From Verrucomicrobiota bacterium (GTDB taxonomy: Bacteria > Verrucomicrobiota > Verrucomicrobiia > Limisphaerales > JBEHZA01): DNA of 44,492 nt. A program made the translations under genes and the position numbers. The stretch is from positions 1 to 44,492 of the forward strand of contig JBEHZA010000002.1 in NCBI GenBank assembly GCA_048497895.1, read 5' to 3'. The notes under the pieces are model-generated. The model was not told where the DNA came from. It did not search any database and saw nothing but the letters and a program-made list of their open reading frames with translations. Numbering within the stretch: the first letter of the stretch is position 1; each line of letters begins with the position of its first letter. Below are positions 28,918-39,814 of the stretch, one piece after another.

Positions 28918-29496
28918 TTACACGCGGCGTTGTTTGCGCGGGCGGCAGCCGTTATGCGGCACCGGGGTCACGTCCTTGATGGAGGTGATTTCCAAACCAA
29001 TCGCCTGCAAAGCGCGGATGGCGGATTCACGGCCGGAACCCGGCCCTTTGACGCGAACTTCGACTTCCTTCATGCCGTGTGACATGGCCTGGCGGGCGGC
29101 GTCCTGAGAAACCTGCTGCGCGGCAAAAGCCGTGCTCTTGCGGGAACCCTTGAAACCGACGCGGCCAGCGCTGGACCAGCCGAGGATATTCCCCTGCATG
29201 TCCGTGATGGAAACGAGCGTATTGTTGAAGGTAGCCAGAATATTCGCCACGCCGGTGGTGATGTTCTTGGCACCTTTGGCCTTGACGATTTTCTTACCGG
29301 CATTTTCGTCCGCCAGCAATTCAGCGGCAGTCGGTGCGGCCACGGCGGCCGGAGCGATCGCATCTTCTGCTTTGGGCGCTGCTGCGGCTGCTGCTTCAGG
29401 CTTTTTCGCCGCTTTGGCTGATTTCTCAGCCGCCGGAGCGGCTTCGGTTTTCGCTTCCTTCTTCGGAGCTTTAGGAGTCTTGGATTCTTCTGCCAT
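28918..29496 (-). CDS. rpsK: 30S ribosomal protein S11 with long N-terminal extension
   Basis: [40 protein letters not shown]. Confidence 0.97.
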   Translation of the reverse strand: MAEESKTPKAPKKEAKTEAAPAAEKSAKAAKKPEAAAAAAPKAEDAIAPAAVAAPTAAELLADENAGKKIVKAKGAKNITTGVANILATFNNTLVSITDMQGNILGWSSAGRVGFKGSRKSTAFAAQQVSQDAARQAMSHGMKEVEVRVKGPGSGRESAIRALQAIGLEITSIKDVTPVPHNGCRPRKQRRV

Positions 29497-29509
29497 AACA
29501 AATCAAATT

Positions 29510-29905
29510 TTAGTGAATGCCCGTCTTGGCGTTCGGATTACGTTGCACGCCGACTGTCTTACGCGGACCTTTGCGGGTACGGGCGTTGGTTTGAGTGCGT
29601 TGACCGCGCACCGGCAGGCTGCGCAGATGGCGCACCCCACGATAGCATTTGATACCCTGGAGACGTTTCAGGTTCATGCCGATTTCCCGGCGGAGATCGC
29701 CTTCGATCACATACTTGCCCGCCTGAATGGCGTGCACGATCTGGGAGAGCTGTTGTTCGTCAAGGTCCTTAGCCCGGATCGCGGGGTCAATCTTGGCGTT
29801 AGCGAGGATCTCTTTCGCGTTTACCGGCCCAATGCCGTAAATGTAGCGCAGGGCGATGTCGATCCGTTTGTGACCCGGAATATCAATACCAATAATGCGT
29901 GGCAT
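29510..29905 (-). CDS. rpsM: 30S ribosomal protein S13
   Basis: [28 protein letters not shown]. Confidence 0.97.
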   Translation of the reverse strand: MPRIIGIDIPGHKRIDIALRYIYGIGPVNAKEILANAKIDPAIRAKDLDEQQLSQIVHAIQAGKYVIEGDLRREIGMNLKRLQGIKCYRGVRHLRSLPVRGQRTQTNARTRKGPRKTVGVQRNPNAKTGIH

Positions 29906-29915
29906 AAACTTGTTC

Positions 29916-30029
29916 TTAACCTTGACGTTGTTTGTGACGGGCGTTGCTGCAAATGACGCGGATAACGCCTTTGCGTTTCACGATTTTGCAATGCTCGCAC
30001 ATCTTTTTAACTGAAGCGCGGACTTTCAT
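29916..30029 (-). CDS. rpmJ: 50S ribosomal protein L36 (Zn-binding form); absent from the ORF track
   Basis: Manual translation gives [37 protein letters not shown]. Confidence 0.97.
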   Translation of the reverse strand: MKVRASVKKMCEHCKIVKRKGVIRVICSNARHKQRQG

Positions 30030-30039
30030 ATTTCTCGAT

Positions 30040-30258
30040 TTAACTTTCCGTAAATATTATTCTGCCTGTGGACATGTCGAACGGCGACATCTGCACAGTT
30101 AATTGATCACCCGGCACTACCCCGCGTAACCGCGGTTGCAGTCTCGCTGGCGCATGCGCCAGAATCCGATGACCATTCGGCAACACTACCCGAAATAACG
30201 TGTTCGGCAGCGTTTCCGCCACCGTGCCGACTACTTTGATGGCGTCTGTTCCGGACAC
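30040..30258 (-). CDS. infA: Translation initiation factor IF-1, divergent
   Basis: 72 aa, GTG start; [12 protein letters not shown]...PGD...SPFD...GRI; canonical position between map and rpmJ. Confidence 0.85.
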   Translation of the reverse strand: MSGTDAIKVVGTVAETLPNTLFRVVLPNGHRILAHAPARLQPRLRGVVPGDQLTVQMSPFDMSTGRIIFTES

Positions 30259-31007
30259 GTCAAAATCTCTGGCTCACCTTCGGTGATCAAAACCGTATGC
30301 TCAAAATGAGCGGACGGTTGACCATCAGCAGTCACCACCGTCCAACCATCATTCAATCTACGCACTTGAGCCGTGCCTGCATTGACCATTGGCTCAATCG
30401 CCAGGGTCATCCCGGGCTGCAATTTTGGAGATGTTTTAGCATCAACAAAATTCGGCACCTGCGGGTCTTCATGCAATGATCGACCCACACCGTGACCGAC
30501 AAATTCTCGCACTATGCCGAAGCCATTGGCTTCGACCAGGGTCTGAATCGCGCGCGAAATATCTGACACGCGCTTTCCAGCGACAGCCTGAGAAATACCT
30601 TCATACAAGGCTTTCTCGGTTACATCAATCAGTTTTTGCGACAAAATTGCACAGCCACCGACTGCCACAGTCCGGGCTGTGTCGCCTATAAAACCGTTGT
30701 AAACCACACCTACGTCGAGGCTTACGATGTCACCAAACTGCACCCGCCGGTCATTCGCCAGCCCATGCACGACTTGTTCATTAACCGAAATGCACAAGTG
30801 GCACGGATATCTCCGGCCTTCTACCCGATACCCTAAAAAAGCACTTTTGCCGCCGTAATGACTGATGCGGCCCGCCGCAAAATCGTCAATCGCCTTCGTG
30901 GTGACGCCCGGAGTAATCCAAGCCGCCACTTCGCTTAACACCTGGCCAGCTACCTTGCCGGCTGCCCGCATTCCGTCCTGCTCCCGCGGATTTTTTAAAA
31001 TAATCAT
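30231..31007 (-). CDS. map: Methionine aminopeptidase type I
   Basis: SVNEQVVHG, GDIVSLD, GDTA, GHGVG..LHEDP, AIEPM, SAHFEHTV; start at the ATG at 31007 (MIILK). Confidence 0.96.
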   Translation of the reverse strand: MIILKNPREQDGMRAAGKVAGQVLSEVAAWITPGVTTKAIDDFAAGRISHYGGKSAFLGYRVEGRRYPCHLCISVNEQVVHGLANDRRVQFGDIVSLDVGVVYNGFIGDTARTVAVGGCAILSQKLIDVTEKALYEGISQAVAGKRVSDISRAIQTLVEANGFGIVREFVGHGVGRSLHEDPQVPNFVDAKTSPKLQPGMTLAIEPMVNAGTAQVRRLNDGWTVVTADGQPSAHFEHTVLITEGEPEILTCPEQTPSK

Positions 31008-31040
31008 AGCGCGTGTTCCATCACGCCCGCCATTGACCAC

Positions 31041-32417
31041 TTAAAACCGGCCGCGGAGACGTCCCTTTTTCAGGAACCCATCATAGTGGCGCATCAGCAG
31101 ATGGGATTCCATTTGACGCATGGTATCCAGCATCACACCCACCAGAATCAACAAACTCGTGCCACCGAAAAAGGTCGAGACTTCAAACGGAATGCCCATG
31201 GCATGGCTCAAAATAATCGGCAACGTCGCGATGGCCGTTAGAAAGACCGCTCCAGCCAGCGTGATGCGACTCATCGCAAAGTGGAGGAACTCGGTCGTCT
31301 TGGCGCCCGGACGCACGCCCGGAATGTAACCGCCATACTTCTTCAAATCGTCAGCAATCTGCAATTCATTGAACTGCGTCGCCACCCAGAAATAGGAGAA
31401 GAACAAAATCATGCCGCCGAACGTTAACAGGTAAAAGACCGAGCCTTCACGAAAGTGCATCGCCCACTGCTGGAGTGCCGTCACATCCAGACTCTTACCC
31501 AGCATGCTCAGCAACCGTTCCGGGAACATCAGAATCGCCTGCGCGAAGATAATCGGCATGACCCCCGCGTAATTAACGCGCAGAGGCATGAACGAACTGT
31601 TGCCAGCGTAAACTTTACGGCCCACGGCGCGCTGCGCGTATTGAACCGGAATTTTACGTTGCGCCTGCGTTACCGCAATAACACCTGCAATCACCACGGC
31701 CAACAGGAACAACAAGGCCAGCGCGTGAAAAATATTCTTATGATCACCCTGACCAAAGAACATGCCGTAAATCGCCTGCATAGCCCGGGGTAAGCGAGCC
31801 AAAATGCCAATCGTAATCACCAGCGAAATACCGTTGCCAATGCCGCGTTCGGTGATTTGTTCACCCAGCCACATCAATAACAACGTTCCCGAGGTCAGGA
31901 TCATCATGGTTTCAAACCGATACCACCAGATGTGATCCGGATTCAGCACCAGCGTGCCCTGGAAACCCTGGAAAATGTTCGTGGCATTTTCCCAACCCAA
32001 GGCCATCACAAACCCCTGCCCCAGGCAAAGAATCACGGTCAGGTACCGTCCGTATTGAACGATCTTGGCCCGACCACCTTCTTCACGGGACATTTTGCTT
32101 AAGCTCGGGATCACCGCGCTCAGCAATTGAATAATAATGGTTGCACTGATGTACGGCATGATGCCCAGCGAACCAACCGCGCAACGCTCCAGAGCGCCAC
32201 CGGTGAACATGCTATACATACCCAACAGCCCGCCACCACCGTCATCTTTGGGGAGCGTGTCGAAAAAGTGCTTCAAAGCCGCACCGTCCAGACCGGGAAT
32301 GGGAACCAATCCCACCAGACGGCAGATGATCAACACCAGCATGGTGAAGACAATCCGCGACTTCAATTCAGGAATTTTGAAGCAATTCGCGAACGTGTTA
32401 AGTATGGATGAAAACAT
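31041..32417 (-). CDS. secY: Preprotein translocase subunit SecY
   Basis: LGIMPYISATII, WLGEQITERGIGNGIS, AGVMPIIFA, IPGVRPG, GGTSLLILVGV. Confidence 0.98.
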   Translation of the reverse strand: MFSSILNTFANCFKIPELKSRIVFTMLVLIICRLVGLVPIPGLDGAALKHFFDTLPKDDGGGGLLGMYSMFTGGALERCAVGSLGIMPYISATIIIQLLSAVIPSLSKMSREEGGRAKIVQYGRYLTVILCLGQGFVMALGWENATNIFQGFQGTLVLNPDHIWWYRFETMMILTSGTLLLMWLGEQITERGIGNGISLVITIGILARLPRAMQAIYGMFFGQGDHKNIFHALALLFLLAVVIAGVIAVTQAQRKIPVQYAQRAVGRKVYAGNSSFMPLRVNYAGVMPIIFAQAILMFPERLLSMLGKSLDVTALQQWAMHFREGSVFYLLTFGGMILFFSYFWVATQFNELQIADDLKKYGGYIPGVRPGAKTTEFLHFAMSRITLAGAVFLTAIATLPIILSHAMGIPFEVSTFFGGTSLLILVGVMLDTMRQMESHLLMRHYDGFLKKGRLRGRF

Positions 32418-32444
32418 GCGCCGGAAGTAATCGGGAGAAATACT

Positions 32445-32915
32445 CTACTTGGCCGCTGCCGCTTTCGTCTTGGCGACGACTTCACAAGCCCCACCCAGAG
32501 CTTCGATCTTGGCCCGAGCGGCCGCGCTGAAAGCGTGAGCACTAACGGTCAATTTCTTGGTGAGTTCACCACGAGCGAGAATCTTAATGCCAGCCGCTTT
32601 GCCATTAGCCAGACCAATGGAACGCAAGGCCGCTTCATCAACCCGGGCGCCGTCTTCAAAACGGTTCAAACCATCCAGGTTCACCGGAATGTATTCGACC
32701 GCGTGCGAGGCATTATTAAAGCCGCGCTTGGGAATACGACGGATCAAAGGCATCTGACCGCCTTCGAAGCCAATCCGGATAGAACTACCGGAACGGGCGC
32801 TCTGGCCCTTGCCACCGCGACCGCTGGTTTTGCCGTGACCGCTGGATTCACCCTGGCCTAAACGCTTGCGGCGATGTTTGGCTCCCGGACGAGGTTTTAA
32901 ATCATGTAAACGCAT
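32445..32915 (-). CDS. rplO: 50S ribosomal protein L15
   Basis: GKTSGRGGKGQ, FEGGQMPL.RR.PKRGF. Confidence 0.97.
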   Translation of the reverse strand: MRLHDLKPRPGAKHRRKRLGQGESSGHGKTSGRGGKGQSARSGSSIRIGFEGGQMPLIRRIPKRGFNNASHAVEYIPVNLDGLNRFEDGARVDEAALRSIGLANGKAAGIKILARGELTKKLTVSAHAFSAAARAKIEALGGACEVVAKTKAAAAK

Positions 32916-32920
32916 ACAAA

Positions 32921-33523
32921 TCAGCTAATAGAAGGGGTTGTGGCTTTAATTTCGCGACCACGGGAACGATAGATCTCTTCACGCAAGCGCAACTGTTGGA
33001 GCGCGGCCAGAGTGGCCTTGGCCACATTGGCGGCATTCTTGGAGCCGAGCGATTTCGTCAAGACGTCCTTGACCCCGGCGGATTCCACCACGGCACGAAC
33101 AGTCTTGCCCGCGATGATCCCAGTACCAGGAGAGGCAGGGCGCAATAAAACTTTGGCGCCACCGTAAGCCGAAATCACTTCGTGCGGAATCGTGCTGCCG
33201 TTGAGCGACACGCTCAGCATGTGCGCCTTGGAAACTTCACTGCCCTTGCGAATGGCGTCCGCCACTTCGCTGGCTTTGCCAAGACCCAGGCCGACGCGGC
33301 CCAGCTTGTCACCCGTTACTACGAGCGCGCTAAAGCTGAAACGACGACCTCCTTTGACAACTTTGGACGAACGATTGATGAAAACTACTTTTTCAGTCAA
33401 TTCGTTGCCGGTCTTGCTATCCGTATCCGGAGTTTCGCTCGGACGGCCACGGCGGCCACCGCGTCCCGGACCGCGACCGAAGCCGCGCTGGTTGTTCTCG
33501 CTAGTATTTGGTAGATCAGCCAC
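32921..33523 (-). CDS. rpsE: 30S ribosomal protein S5
   Basis: [24 protein letters not shown]; GTG start preceded by AGAGGAG. Confidence 0.97.
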   Translation of the reverse strand: MADLPNTSENNQRGFGRGPGRGGRRGRPSETPDTDSKTGNELTEKVVFINRSSKVVKGGRRFSFSALVVTGDKLGRVGLGLGKASEVADAIRKGSEVSKAHMLSVSLNGSTIPHEVISAYGGAKVLLRPASPGTGIIAGKTVRAVVESAGVKDVLTKSLGSKNAANVAKATLAALQQLRLREEIYRSRGREIKATTPSIS

Positions 33524-33543
33524 AGTAAATTCTCCTCTTGCAG

Positions 33544-33909
33544 TTAAAATTGAAGTCCCGCTTCGCGCGCGGCATCCGCGAGCGCTTTGACCTTGCCGTG
33601 ATAACGGAGACCGCTGCGATCAAACACAACGCTCTTGATTCCTTTGCTCAAAGCCGCTTCGGCAGCCGCCTGCCCGATGCGTTTGGCGCTGACGACGTTG
33701 GCCGCCAGAGTTTCGCGGTCGGTCAGGGCTTTGCTCAACGTGGACGTTGCGGCCAAAGTCTGCCCGGCAATGTCGTCGATGAACTGCACATGAATGTTGC
33801 GGCCGGTAAAACGGACGCTCATGCGGGGACGTTCTCCCGTGCCACGAACTTTCTTGCGCGTGCGCCAGCGGCGCAACTGTAATAAATGGTGCTTCTTGTC
33901 TGTTCTCAT
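33544..33909 (-). CDS. rplR: 50S ribosomal protein L18
   Basis: [28 protein letters not shown]; ATG at 33909. Confidence 0.96.
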   Translation of the reverse strand: MRTDKKHHLLQLRRWRTRKKVRGTGERPRMSVRFTGRNIHVQFIDDIAGQTLAATSTLSKALTDRETLAANVVSAKRIGQAAAEAALSKGIKSVVFDRSGLRYHGKVKALADAAREAGLQF

Positions 33910-33951
33910 TGTTTTTGGGCACACGGATTTTGCCGTGTGCCCGGATAATTG

Positions 33952-34488
33952 TTATTGGACTGTCTTGCCTTCCTTGCGGATGACCTTTTCGTCCGAGTAG
34001 CGAACACCTTTGCCCTTATACGGCTCCGGCGGGTAATAGCTGCGGATTTCAGCCGCGACTTTACCGACGACCTGTTTGTCAGGTCCTTCGATGGTTAACT
34101 TGGTGTTTTCTTCCACCGTTACTTTAATCTGGTCAGGAATCGGGTAGGCAATCGGGTGAGAAAAACCCAAGGTCAAATTCACCAGCTTGCCGGCCACCGC
34201 GGCCTTGAAACCGACGCCCTGGATTTCCAGCTTCTTGCTGAAACCCGTGGCAACCCCGATCACCATGTTATTGATGATGGAGCGGCTCAAACCGTGCAGG
34301 GCCTTCGCTTCTGCGTCCTCGCCTTTGCGGGTAACGACAACTTTGGCGCCTTCCACTGCGGCCGAAGTGCGTTTGGGTAATTCGAAGCTGAGTTTGCCCT
34401 TCGGCCCCTCAACCGCTACTTGCTGGCCTTTGACTTCCACCTTTACTTTGGCGGGAATATCAATCGGCATTCTTCCAATTCGTGACAT
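33952..34488 (-). CDS. rplF: 50S ribosomal protein L6
   Basis: MSRIG, GPKG, LGFSHP, PEPYKGKG. Confidence 0.97.
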   Translation of the reverse strand: MSRIGRMPIDIPAKVKVEVKGQQVAVEGPKGKLSFELPKRTSAAVEGAKVVVTRKGEDAEAKALHGLSRSIINNMVIGVATGFSKKLEIQGVGFKAAVAGKLVNLTLGFSHPIAYPIPDQIKVTVEENTKLTIEGPDKQVVGKVAAEIRSYYPPEPYKGKGVRYSDEKVIRKEGKTVQ

Positions 34489-34505
34489 AAAATATTAAAT
34501 TAGAG

Positions 34506-34892
34506 TTACCAGACGAAGCAGACCAGCTCGCCACCGAGCTTCTGCTTGCGGGCGTCAACGCCCGTCATTACCCCCTGAGGAGTGGAAACAATCGCGGTTC
34601 CCATGCCGCCCAAAACGCGCGGAATCTCAGTGGACTTCACATACCGGCGCAAACCGGGCTTGCTCACACGGCGCAAACCGGTGATCACACCTTTGCGGCC
34701 GGTAAACTTCAACTTCAATTTCAGGCGTTTAACAGGCGCGCCTTCAACAGTGCATTCTGCAATATACCCTTCCCGCTTGAGGATCTGGGCAATGCTTTCC
34801 TTCAACTTGGAGTGGGACATATCCACCGTAGGCAGCAAGGCCACATTGGCGTTGCGGATTCGCGTGAGCATGTCGGCGATCGGATCAGTCAT
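34506..34892 (-). CDS. rpsH: 30S ribosomal protein S8
   Basis: [23 protein letters not shown]. Confidence 0.97.
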   Translation of the reverse strand: MTDPIADMLTRIRNANVALLPTVDMSHSKLKESIAQILKREGYIAECTVEGAPVKRLKLKLKFTGRKGVITGLRRVSKPGLRRYVKSTEIPRVLGGMGTAIVSTPQGVMTGVDARKQKLGGELVCFVW

Positions 34893-34896
34893 AAAT

Positions 34897-35166
34897 TTAC
34901 CAGCTAGCTTTGGTCACACCCGGAATCAAACCGTTCAGGGCCGCTTCCCGGAACGTCAAACGGGAGCAGGAGAATTTGCGGAGATAGCCGTGACGACGGC
35001 CGCTCATTTCACAGCGATTGGTCAACCGTGTGCGGCTGGCATTGCGCGGCAATTTGGACAAGCCGGCATAGTCATGCTTCGCTTTCAATTCCGCCCGCAA
35101 GGCGGCGTATTTCTTAACCGTTTCGCGCTTTTTCTTTTCGCGCTCAATCCATGATTTCTTGGCCAT
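34897..35166 (-). CDS. rpsN: 30S ribosomal protein S14 (89-aa non-zinc form)
   Basis: [25 protein letters not shown]; no CxxC pairs. Confidence 0.96.
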   Translation of the reverse strand: MAKKSWIEREKKKRETVKKYAALRAELKAKHDYAGLSKLPRNASRTRLTNRCEMSGRRHGYLRKFSCSRLTFREAALNGLIPGVTKASW

Positions 35167-35171
35167 AAAAA

Positions 35172-35717
35172 TTATCTTCCTTCCGCAAATGGCATGCCCA
35201 TCAGTTTCAACAGTTCCAAGGCTTCCGCATCCGTCGGGGCGGTGGTCACGATGGTGATGTCCATACCCTGAGTGCGCTTGATTTTGTCCATTTCGATTTC
35301 CGGAAAAATGGTTTGATCAGCAATCCCGATTGAGTAATTGCCCCGGCCGTCAAAGGAACGGCTGGAAACCCCACGAAAATCACGGATACGCGGCAGCGCA
35401 GCGGCCACCAGACGATCCAAAAATTCATACATTTGATCGCGCCGCAAAGTCACCCGGCAACCGATCGCCTGGTTTTCACGGAGCTTGAAGTTCGCGATGC
35501 TCTTGCGTGACATGCTGATGACCGGTTTGCGGCCGGTAATCGTCGTCATATCCCGGGCCGCGTCTTCCACCGCGTTCTTTTCCAGGCTCGCGCTTACCCC
35601 CATGTTCACCACGATCTTTTCGATGCGCGGCACCTGGTGCACGTTCTTGTATTTGCGTTTCTCGATCAACGCGGGCTTTACCGAGTTGATATATTTTTCG
35701 TAAAGTCTGGACTTCAT
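35172..35717 (-). CDS. rplE: 50S ribosomal protein L5
   Basis: [28 protein letters not shown]. Confidence 0.97.
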   Translation of the reverse strand: MKSRLYEKYINSVKPALIEKRKYKNVHQVPRIEKIVVNMGVSASLEKNAVEDAARDMTTITGRKPVISMSRKSIANFKLRENQAIGCRVTLRRDQMYEFLDRLVAAALPRIRDFRGVSSRSFDGRGNYSIGIADQTIFPEIEMDKIKRTQGMDITIVTTAPTDAEALELLKLMGMPFAEGR

Positions 35718-35726
35718 ACACTAATC

Positions 35727-35999
35727 TTAGCTTGCGACCACAGCGCCGCGCTTGGCTGCACGGGCGTCATAGGTTGCGGCCAACTCAACGTTGGAAATGT
35801 GAATGGTGCCTTCGCGTTCCACGATCGCACCCTGCGGTTGCTGCTGGTTCTTGCGGACGTGCTTTTTGATCATCCGCGCGCCTTCAACGATGACGCGCTG
35901 CTTTTCCTTCAGGACTTCGATGATCTTGCCGCGCTTGCCCCGCGCGGTCCCGGCGATGATCACGACTTCATCGCCCTTTTTTACATGAGCTTTCGGCAT
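35727..35999 (-). CDS. rplX: 50S ribosomal protein L24 (short)
   Basis: [19 protein letters not shown] motif; IHISNV. Confidence 0.95.
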   Translation of the reverse strand: MPKAHVKKGDEVVIIAGTARGKRGKIIEVLKEKQRVIVEGARMIKKHVRKNQQQPQGAIVEREGTIHISNVELAATYDARAAKRGAVVAS

Positions 36000-36003
36000 A
36001 ATA

Positions 36004-36369
36004 TCAAATCACTTCTGGAGCGAGGGAGATGATCTTCATGAACTTCTTGTCACGCAATTCGCGCGCCACCGGTCCGAAGATGCGGGTCCCCCGCGGGTTG
36101 TTTTCCTTGTCGATAATCACAATGGCATTGCTGTCAAAACGCAGGTAGGAACCATCGTTCCGGCGGATCGCCTTGCGGGTGCGCACGATCACGGCGTTGA
36201 CTACTTCACCCTTTTTCACGGTGCCGTCCGGCGCCGCTTCCTTGATGTGAGCCTTGATCACATCGCCCACTTCAGCGTAGCGCTGATTGCGTCCGATGAC
36301 GCCGATCGCCGCGGCCCGTTTGGCCCCGGTGTTATCGGCCACATCCAATATGGAACGTATTTGTAACAT
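36004..36369 (-). CDS. rplN: 50S ribosomal protein L14
   Basis: [26 protein letters not shown]. Confidence 0.97.
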   Translation of the reverse strand: MLQIRSILDVADNTGAKRAAAIGVIGRNQRYAEVGDVIKAHIKEAAPDGTVKKGEVVNAVIVRTRKAIRRNDGSYLRFDSNAIVIIDKENNPRGTRIFGPVARELRDKKFMKIISLAPEVI

Positions 36370-36384
36370 AAGAACAATTCCCGG

Positions 36385-36672
36385 TTAACTTGCCAGCGCG
36401 ACATCGCCGCTGCGCTCCACCACTTCGACTAAACGCCAGCACTTGGTCTTGGACAGCGGGCGGGTTTCTTCAATGCGAACGCGATCACCAACTTTGGCTT
36501 CGCCCTTTTCATCGTGCGCGTAGAACTTTTTATAGCTCGTCACGATTTTTTTGAACTCGGGATGGCGGAAACGGCGTTCCACGCGCACCACGATCGTCTT
36601 GGTCATCTTGTTGGAGACGACATCTCCCACGCGCTCTTTGCGGGTTTTGCGGGCGATTTTATTCTCTGGCAT
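36385..36672 (-). CDS. rpsQ: 30S ribosomal protein S17
   Basis: [22 protein letters not shown]. Confidence 0.97.
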   Translation of the reverse strand: MPENKIARKTRKERVGDVVSNKMTKTIVVRVERRFRHPEFKKIVTSYKKFYAHDEKGEAKVGDRVRIEETRPLSKTKCWRLVEVVERSGDVALAS

Positions 36673-36685
36673 ATAAAAATTCCAC

Positions 36686-36892
36686 TCAGGCTGCCTTCTT
36701 GCGGAGAAGGGAAATTTGGGTTTCTACGCGGGCTATGTCCCGGCGCAACGTGCGAAGGCGCGACGGCTTTTCCAACTGGCTGCTGGCCTTCTGCAGGTTC
36801 AGGTTAAACAACTCCTGGCGCAACTCGCGGCTTTTGCCGGCGAGTTCCGGAGCGGTCATTTCGTTCAATTGCTTTAATTCAGTCTTCTTCAT
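36686..36892 (-). CDS. rpmC: 50S ribosomal protein L29
   Basis: [14 protein letters not shown]; position between rplP and rpsQ. Confidence 0.94.
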   Translation of the reverse strand: MKKTELKQLNEMTAPELAGKSRELRQELFNLNLQKASSQLEKPSRLRTLRRDIARVETQISLLRKKAA

Positions 36893-36907
36893 CGCGAAAT
36901 CCTCTGC

Positions 36908-37327
36908 TTAGCTGATTTTGTGGCGCGAGATGAACTTCGTGCGGATCGGCAGCTTGTCGGCCGCCAGGCGCATTGATTCACGGGCGACCGCTTCCGGCAC
37001 GCCATCCACTTCAAATAATACGTTCGCCGGACGGATCACCGCCACCCAGCCTTCCACCCCGGCTTTACCGTGACCCATGCGGGTTTCCAACGGTTTCTTG
37101 GTATAGGATTTGTCCGGGAAAATCCGGATCCAAACCTTGCCCCGGCGTTTCATGAAGCGGGTAATCGCCACACGGGCGGCTTCAATCTGCTTGGCGTCCA
37201 GCCAGCAGCGCTCCAAAGCTTGCAAACCATACTCGCCGAACGCGACATTCGCGCCCCGGGTTGCTAAACCGGTACGGGCGCCGCGTTGCATTTTGCGGTA
37301 CTTAACTCTTGCGGGCATCATTGCCAT
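36908..37327 (-). CDS. rplP: 50S ribosomal protein L16
   Basis: [23 protein letters not shown]. Confidence 0.97.
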   Translation of the reverse strand: MAMMPARVKYRKMQRGARTGLATRGANVAFGEYGLQALERCWLDAKQIEAARVAITRFMKRRGKVWIRIFPDKSYTKKPLETRMGHGKAGVEGWVAVIRPANVLFEVDGVPEAVARESMRLAADKLPIRTKFISRHKIS

Positions 37328-37360
37328 ATCAAAATCCTTACTTTCTGGGTTCCACTGGCC

Positions 37361-38029
37361 TTAGTTCGCCGCGGTTGTTACCGCCGGAGTGGGCGCCTTT
37401 TCCTTCTTCATTTCACCTTTGCAAATCCAGCACTTGACTCCGAGCTTGCCGTAAACCGTTTTGGCTTCAGCAAAACCATAGTCAATGTTCGCACGCAGGG
37501 TGTGCAACGGCACACTGCCTTCGTGATAAATTTCCACGCGCGCCAATTCCGCGCCGCCCAGGCGGCCAGCGCAACGGATCTTGATGCCGTCGGCACCGAA
37601 GTCCATCGCCGTTTGCACGGCTTTTTTCATCGCGCGGCGGAAAGAAATACGGCGTTCCAATTGCAAGGCCACGTTCTCGGCCACCAATTGGGCGTCGAGT
37701 TCAGGCGATTTGACTTCCTGGATGTCGACATAGATTTCCTTGCCGGTCATCTTGCTCAATTCTTCCTTGAGCTTGTCGATTTCCGAGCCTTTGCGACCAA
37801 TCACCACACCCGGACGGGCGGTGAAAATGGTGATGCGGCAACGGGTGGCAGCGCGCTCAATCTGAATCTTGGGAACGGAGGCCGACTCAAGCTTCTTCTT
37901 GAGTAACTCCCGGATCTTGCGATCTTCGTTCAGCAGCTTGCCAAAGTCTTTTTTGTCGGAATACCACTTGGAGCGCCAGTCTTTCGTGACGGCGATCCGC
38001 AGGCCTATCGGATTAGATTTTTGACCCAT
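37361..38029 (-). CDS. rpsC: 30S ribosomal protein S3
   Basis: [34 protein letters not shown]. Confidence 0.97.
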   Translation of the reverse strand: MGQKSNPIGLRIAVTKDWRSKWYSDKKDFGKLLNEDRKIRELLKKKLESASVPKIQIERAATRCRITIFTARPGVVIGRKGSEIDKLKEELSKMTGKEIYVDIQEVKSPELDAQLVAENVALQLERRISFRRAMKKAVQTAMDFGADGIKIRCAGRLGGAELARVEIYHEGSVPLHTLRANIDYGFAEAKTVYGKLGVKCWICKGEMKKEKAPTPAVTTAAN

Positions 38030-38035
38030 AGGTAA

Positions 38036-38371
38036 TTATTCGTCTGATAACACAATTTTCACGTGGCAGGTCCGTTTTAAGATCGGGCCGGCGGAACCGC
38101 GCGCTTTCGGCGTGAAACGCTTGAGCGTCGCTGCCGTTTGCGCTACCGCTTCGCGCACTTTCAGGTTTTCCGCCTTCGCGCCGGGCGGGTTGTTTTCCGC
38201 GTTAGCGATGGCAGATTTCAAAGTCTTGGCCACGACCCGGGCGGATTTGCGCGGCACAACCGCGAGAACTGCTTGCGCCTGGAGGGCAGGCAGACCCTGA
38301 ATCTGACGCACGACTTCGCGCATCTTCTGGGCTGACATGCGCACGTTGCGCGTAATTGCTTGGACTTGCAT
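38036..38371 (-). CDS. rplV: 50S ribosomal protein L22
   Basis: RMSAQK, LKSAIANAENN, PKARG. Confidence 0.95.
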   Translation of the reverse strand: MQVQAITRNVRMSAQKMREVVRQIQGLPALQAQAVLAVVPRKSARVVAKTLKSAIANAENNPPGAKAENLKVREAVAQTAATLKRFTPKARGSAGPILKRTCHVKIVLSDE

Positions 38372-38378
38372 AAAATGA

Positions 38379-38660
38379 CTACTTGGCTTCGGCCTTGGCG
38401 GTGTGAGCGCCGTGTTTCTTGAAAGTGCGCGTCAGGGAGAATTCACCCAGACGATGTCCCACCATGTTTTCGGTGACGAACACCGGGTTGAACACCTTGC
38501 CATTATGGACGTTGAACGTGAGCCCCACGAAATCAGGGGTAATCATCGAACGGCGTGACCACGTCTTGATCGGCGTCTTGGACTTCGTTTCCTTCGCCTT
38601 GACGATTTTGTCCAGCAAATGTTGGTCGACAAATGGACCTTTTTTAATCGAGCGTCCCAT
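38379..38660 (-). CDS. rpsS: 30S ribosomal protein S19
   Basis: [24 protein letters not shown]. Confidence 0.97.
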   Translation of the reverse strand: MGRSIKKGPFVDQHLLDKIVKAKETKSKTPIKTWSRRSMITPDFVGLTFNVHNGKVFNPVFVTENMVGHRLGEFSLTRTFKKHGAHTAKAEAK

Positions 38661-38666
38661 ATAATA

Positions 38667-39512
38667 TTATTTCTGTTTCATCGGACGGCCATCACGGCGA
38701 ACGATGATAAAGCGGTTTGAATACTTGCGCTTGTTACGGGTCTTGTAACCCTTGGTGATAACACCCCAGGGAGTCACCGGATGACCACCACCGGAAGTTT
38801 TGCCGGCACCGCCACCCATCGGATGGTCCACCGGGTTCTTCGCCACCGCGCGGCTCATCGGGCGCTTGCCACGATGACGGCTGCGACCAGCTTTGCCGAG
38901 CACCACGTTTTCATGTTCCGTATTGCCCACCTGGCCAATCGTGGCGTAGCACTCTTCGTTGACTTTGCGGATTTCACCGGAAGGCAAACGAATCTGCGCG
39001 TAACCTTCATCCCGCGACATCAGCGTGGCAGACGAACCGGCGGAACGCACGATCTGGCCACCTTTGCCGGCGTGCAGTTCGATGTTGTGAATCATGATGC
39101 CCACCGGAATGTTCTTCAACGGCAGGGAGTTGCCCAATTCCGGAATCGCATTCGGGCCGCTCAACAACTTCGCCCCAACCGCCAGACCACTCGGAGCTAC
39201 AATATAACGCTTGTCGCCATCCTTATATTCAAGCAAAGCGAGGCGCGCGGAACGCATCGGATCATATTCAATCGCCGCCACAGTGGCTTCCACGCCATGC
39301 TTATTGCGTTTGAAATCAACCAGACGAATCTTCTGCTTGTGTCCACCGCCAATGCCACGGCTGGTCACCCGGCCAAAGGAATTGCGGCCACCCGTCTTTT
39401 TCTTGATGAAAACCAGCTTCTTTTCCGGCTTGGTCTTCGTGATTTCGTCGTACGACGCGATCGTAATATAGCGCGTCGAGGGCGTCAGCGGTCTAAAGCT
39501 TTTTACTGCCAT
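38667..39512 (-). CDS. rplB: 50S ribosomal protein L2
   Basis: [31 protein letters not shown]. Confidence 0.98.
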   Translation of the reverse strand: MAVKSFRPLTPSTRYITIASYDEITKTKPEKKLVFIKKKTGGRNSFGRVTSRGIGGGHKQKIRLVDFKRNKHGVEATVAAIEYDPMRSARLALLEYKDGDKRYIVAPSGLAVGAKLLSGPNAIPELGNSLPLKNIPVGIMIHNIELHAGKGGQIVRSAGSSATLMSRDEGYAQIRLPSGEIRKVNEECYATIGQVGNTEHENVVLGKAGRSRHRGKRPMSRAVAKNPVDHPMGGGAGKTSGGGHPVTPWGVITKGYKTRNKRKYSNRFIIVRRDGRPMKQK

Positions 39513-39527
39513 AAAATCTTAATCGGT

Positions 39528-39809
39528 TTACGTGAGGCTGATCTTATCGCCATCTTTCAAAGTAACGATGGCCTTCTTCCAGTTCGGGGTCTTGCCCGCT
39601 TGCGCCGTGCGTTTGCGACGGTCCTTGCCAGTGACATTCAGCGTATTGACGCTGAGCACTTTGACGTTGAACAATTCCTGCACTGCCTGACGGATTTGGA
39701 TCTTATTCGCGCGCGGATCAGCCACCACCGTATATTGGTTGCTCTTCTCAGCTTGCGTGGCGCCCTTTTCCGTGAGGCGAACACTCTTAATGACAACAAA
39801 CGATTTCAT
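39528..39809 (-). CDS. rplW: 50S ribosomal protein L23
   Basis: TEK, ANKIQIRQAV..LF.VKV..VNT, WKKAIVTL. Confidence 0.96.
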   Translation of the reverse strand: MKSFVVIKSVRLTEKGATQAEKSNQYTVVADPRANKIQIRQAVQELFNVKVLSVNTLNVTGKDRRKRTAQAGKTPNWKKAIVTLKDGDKISLT

Positions 39810-39814
39810 GAAAA

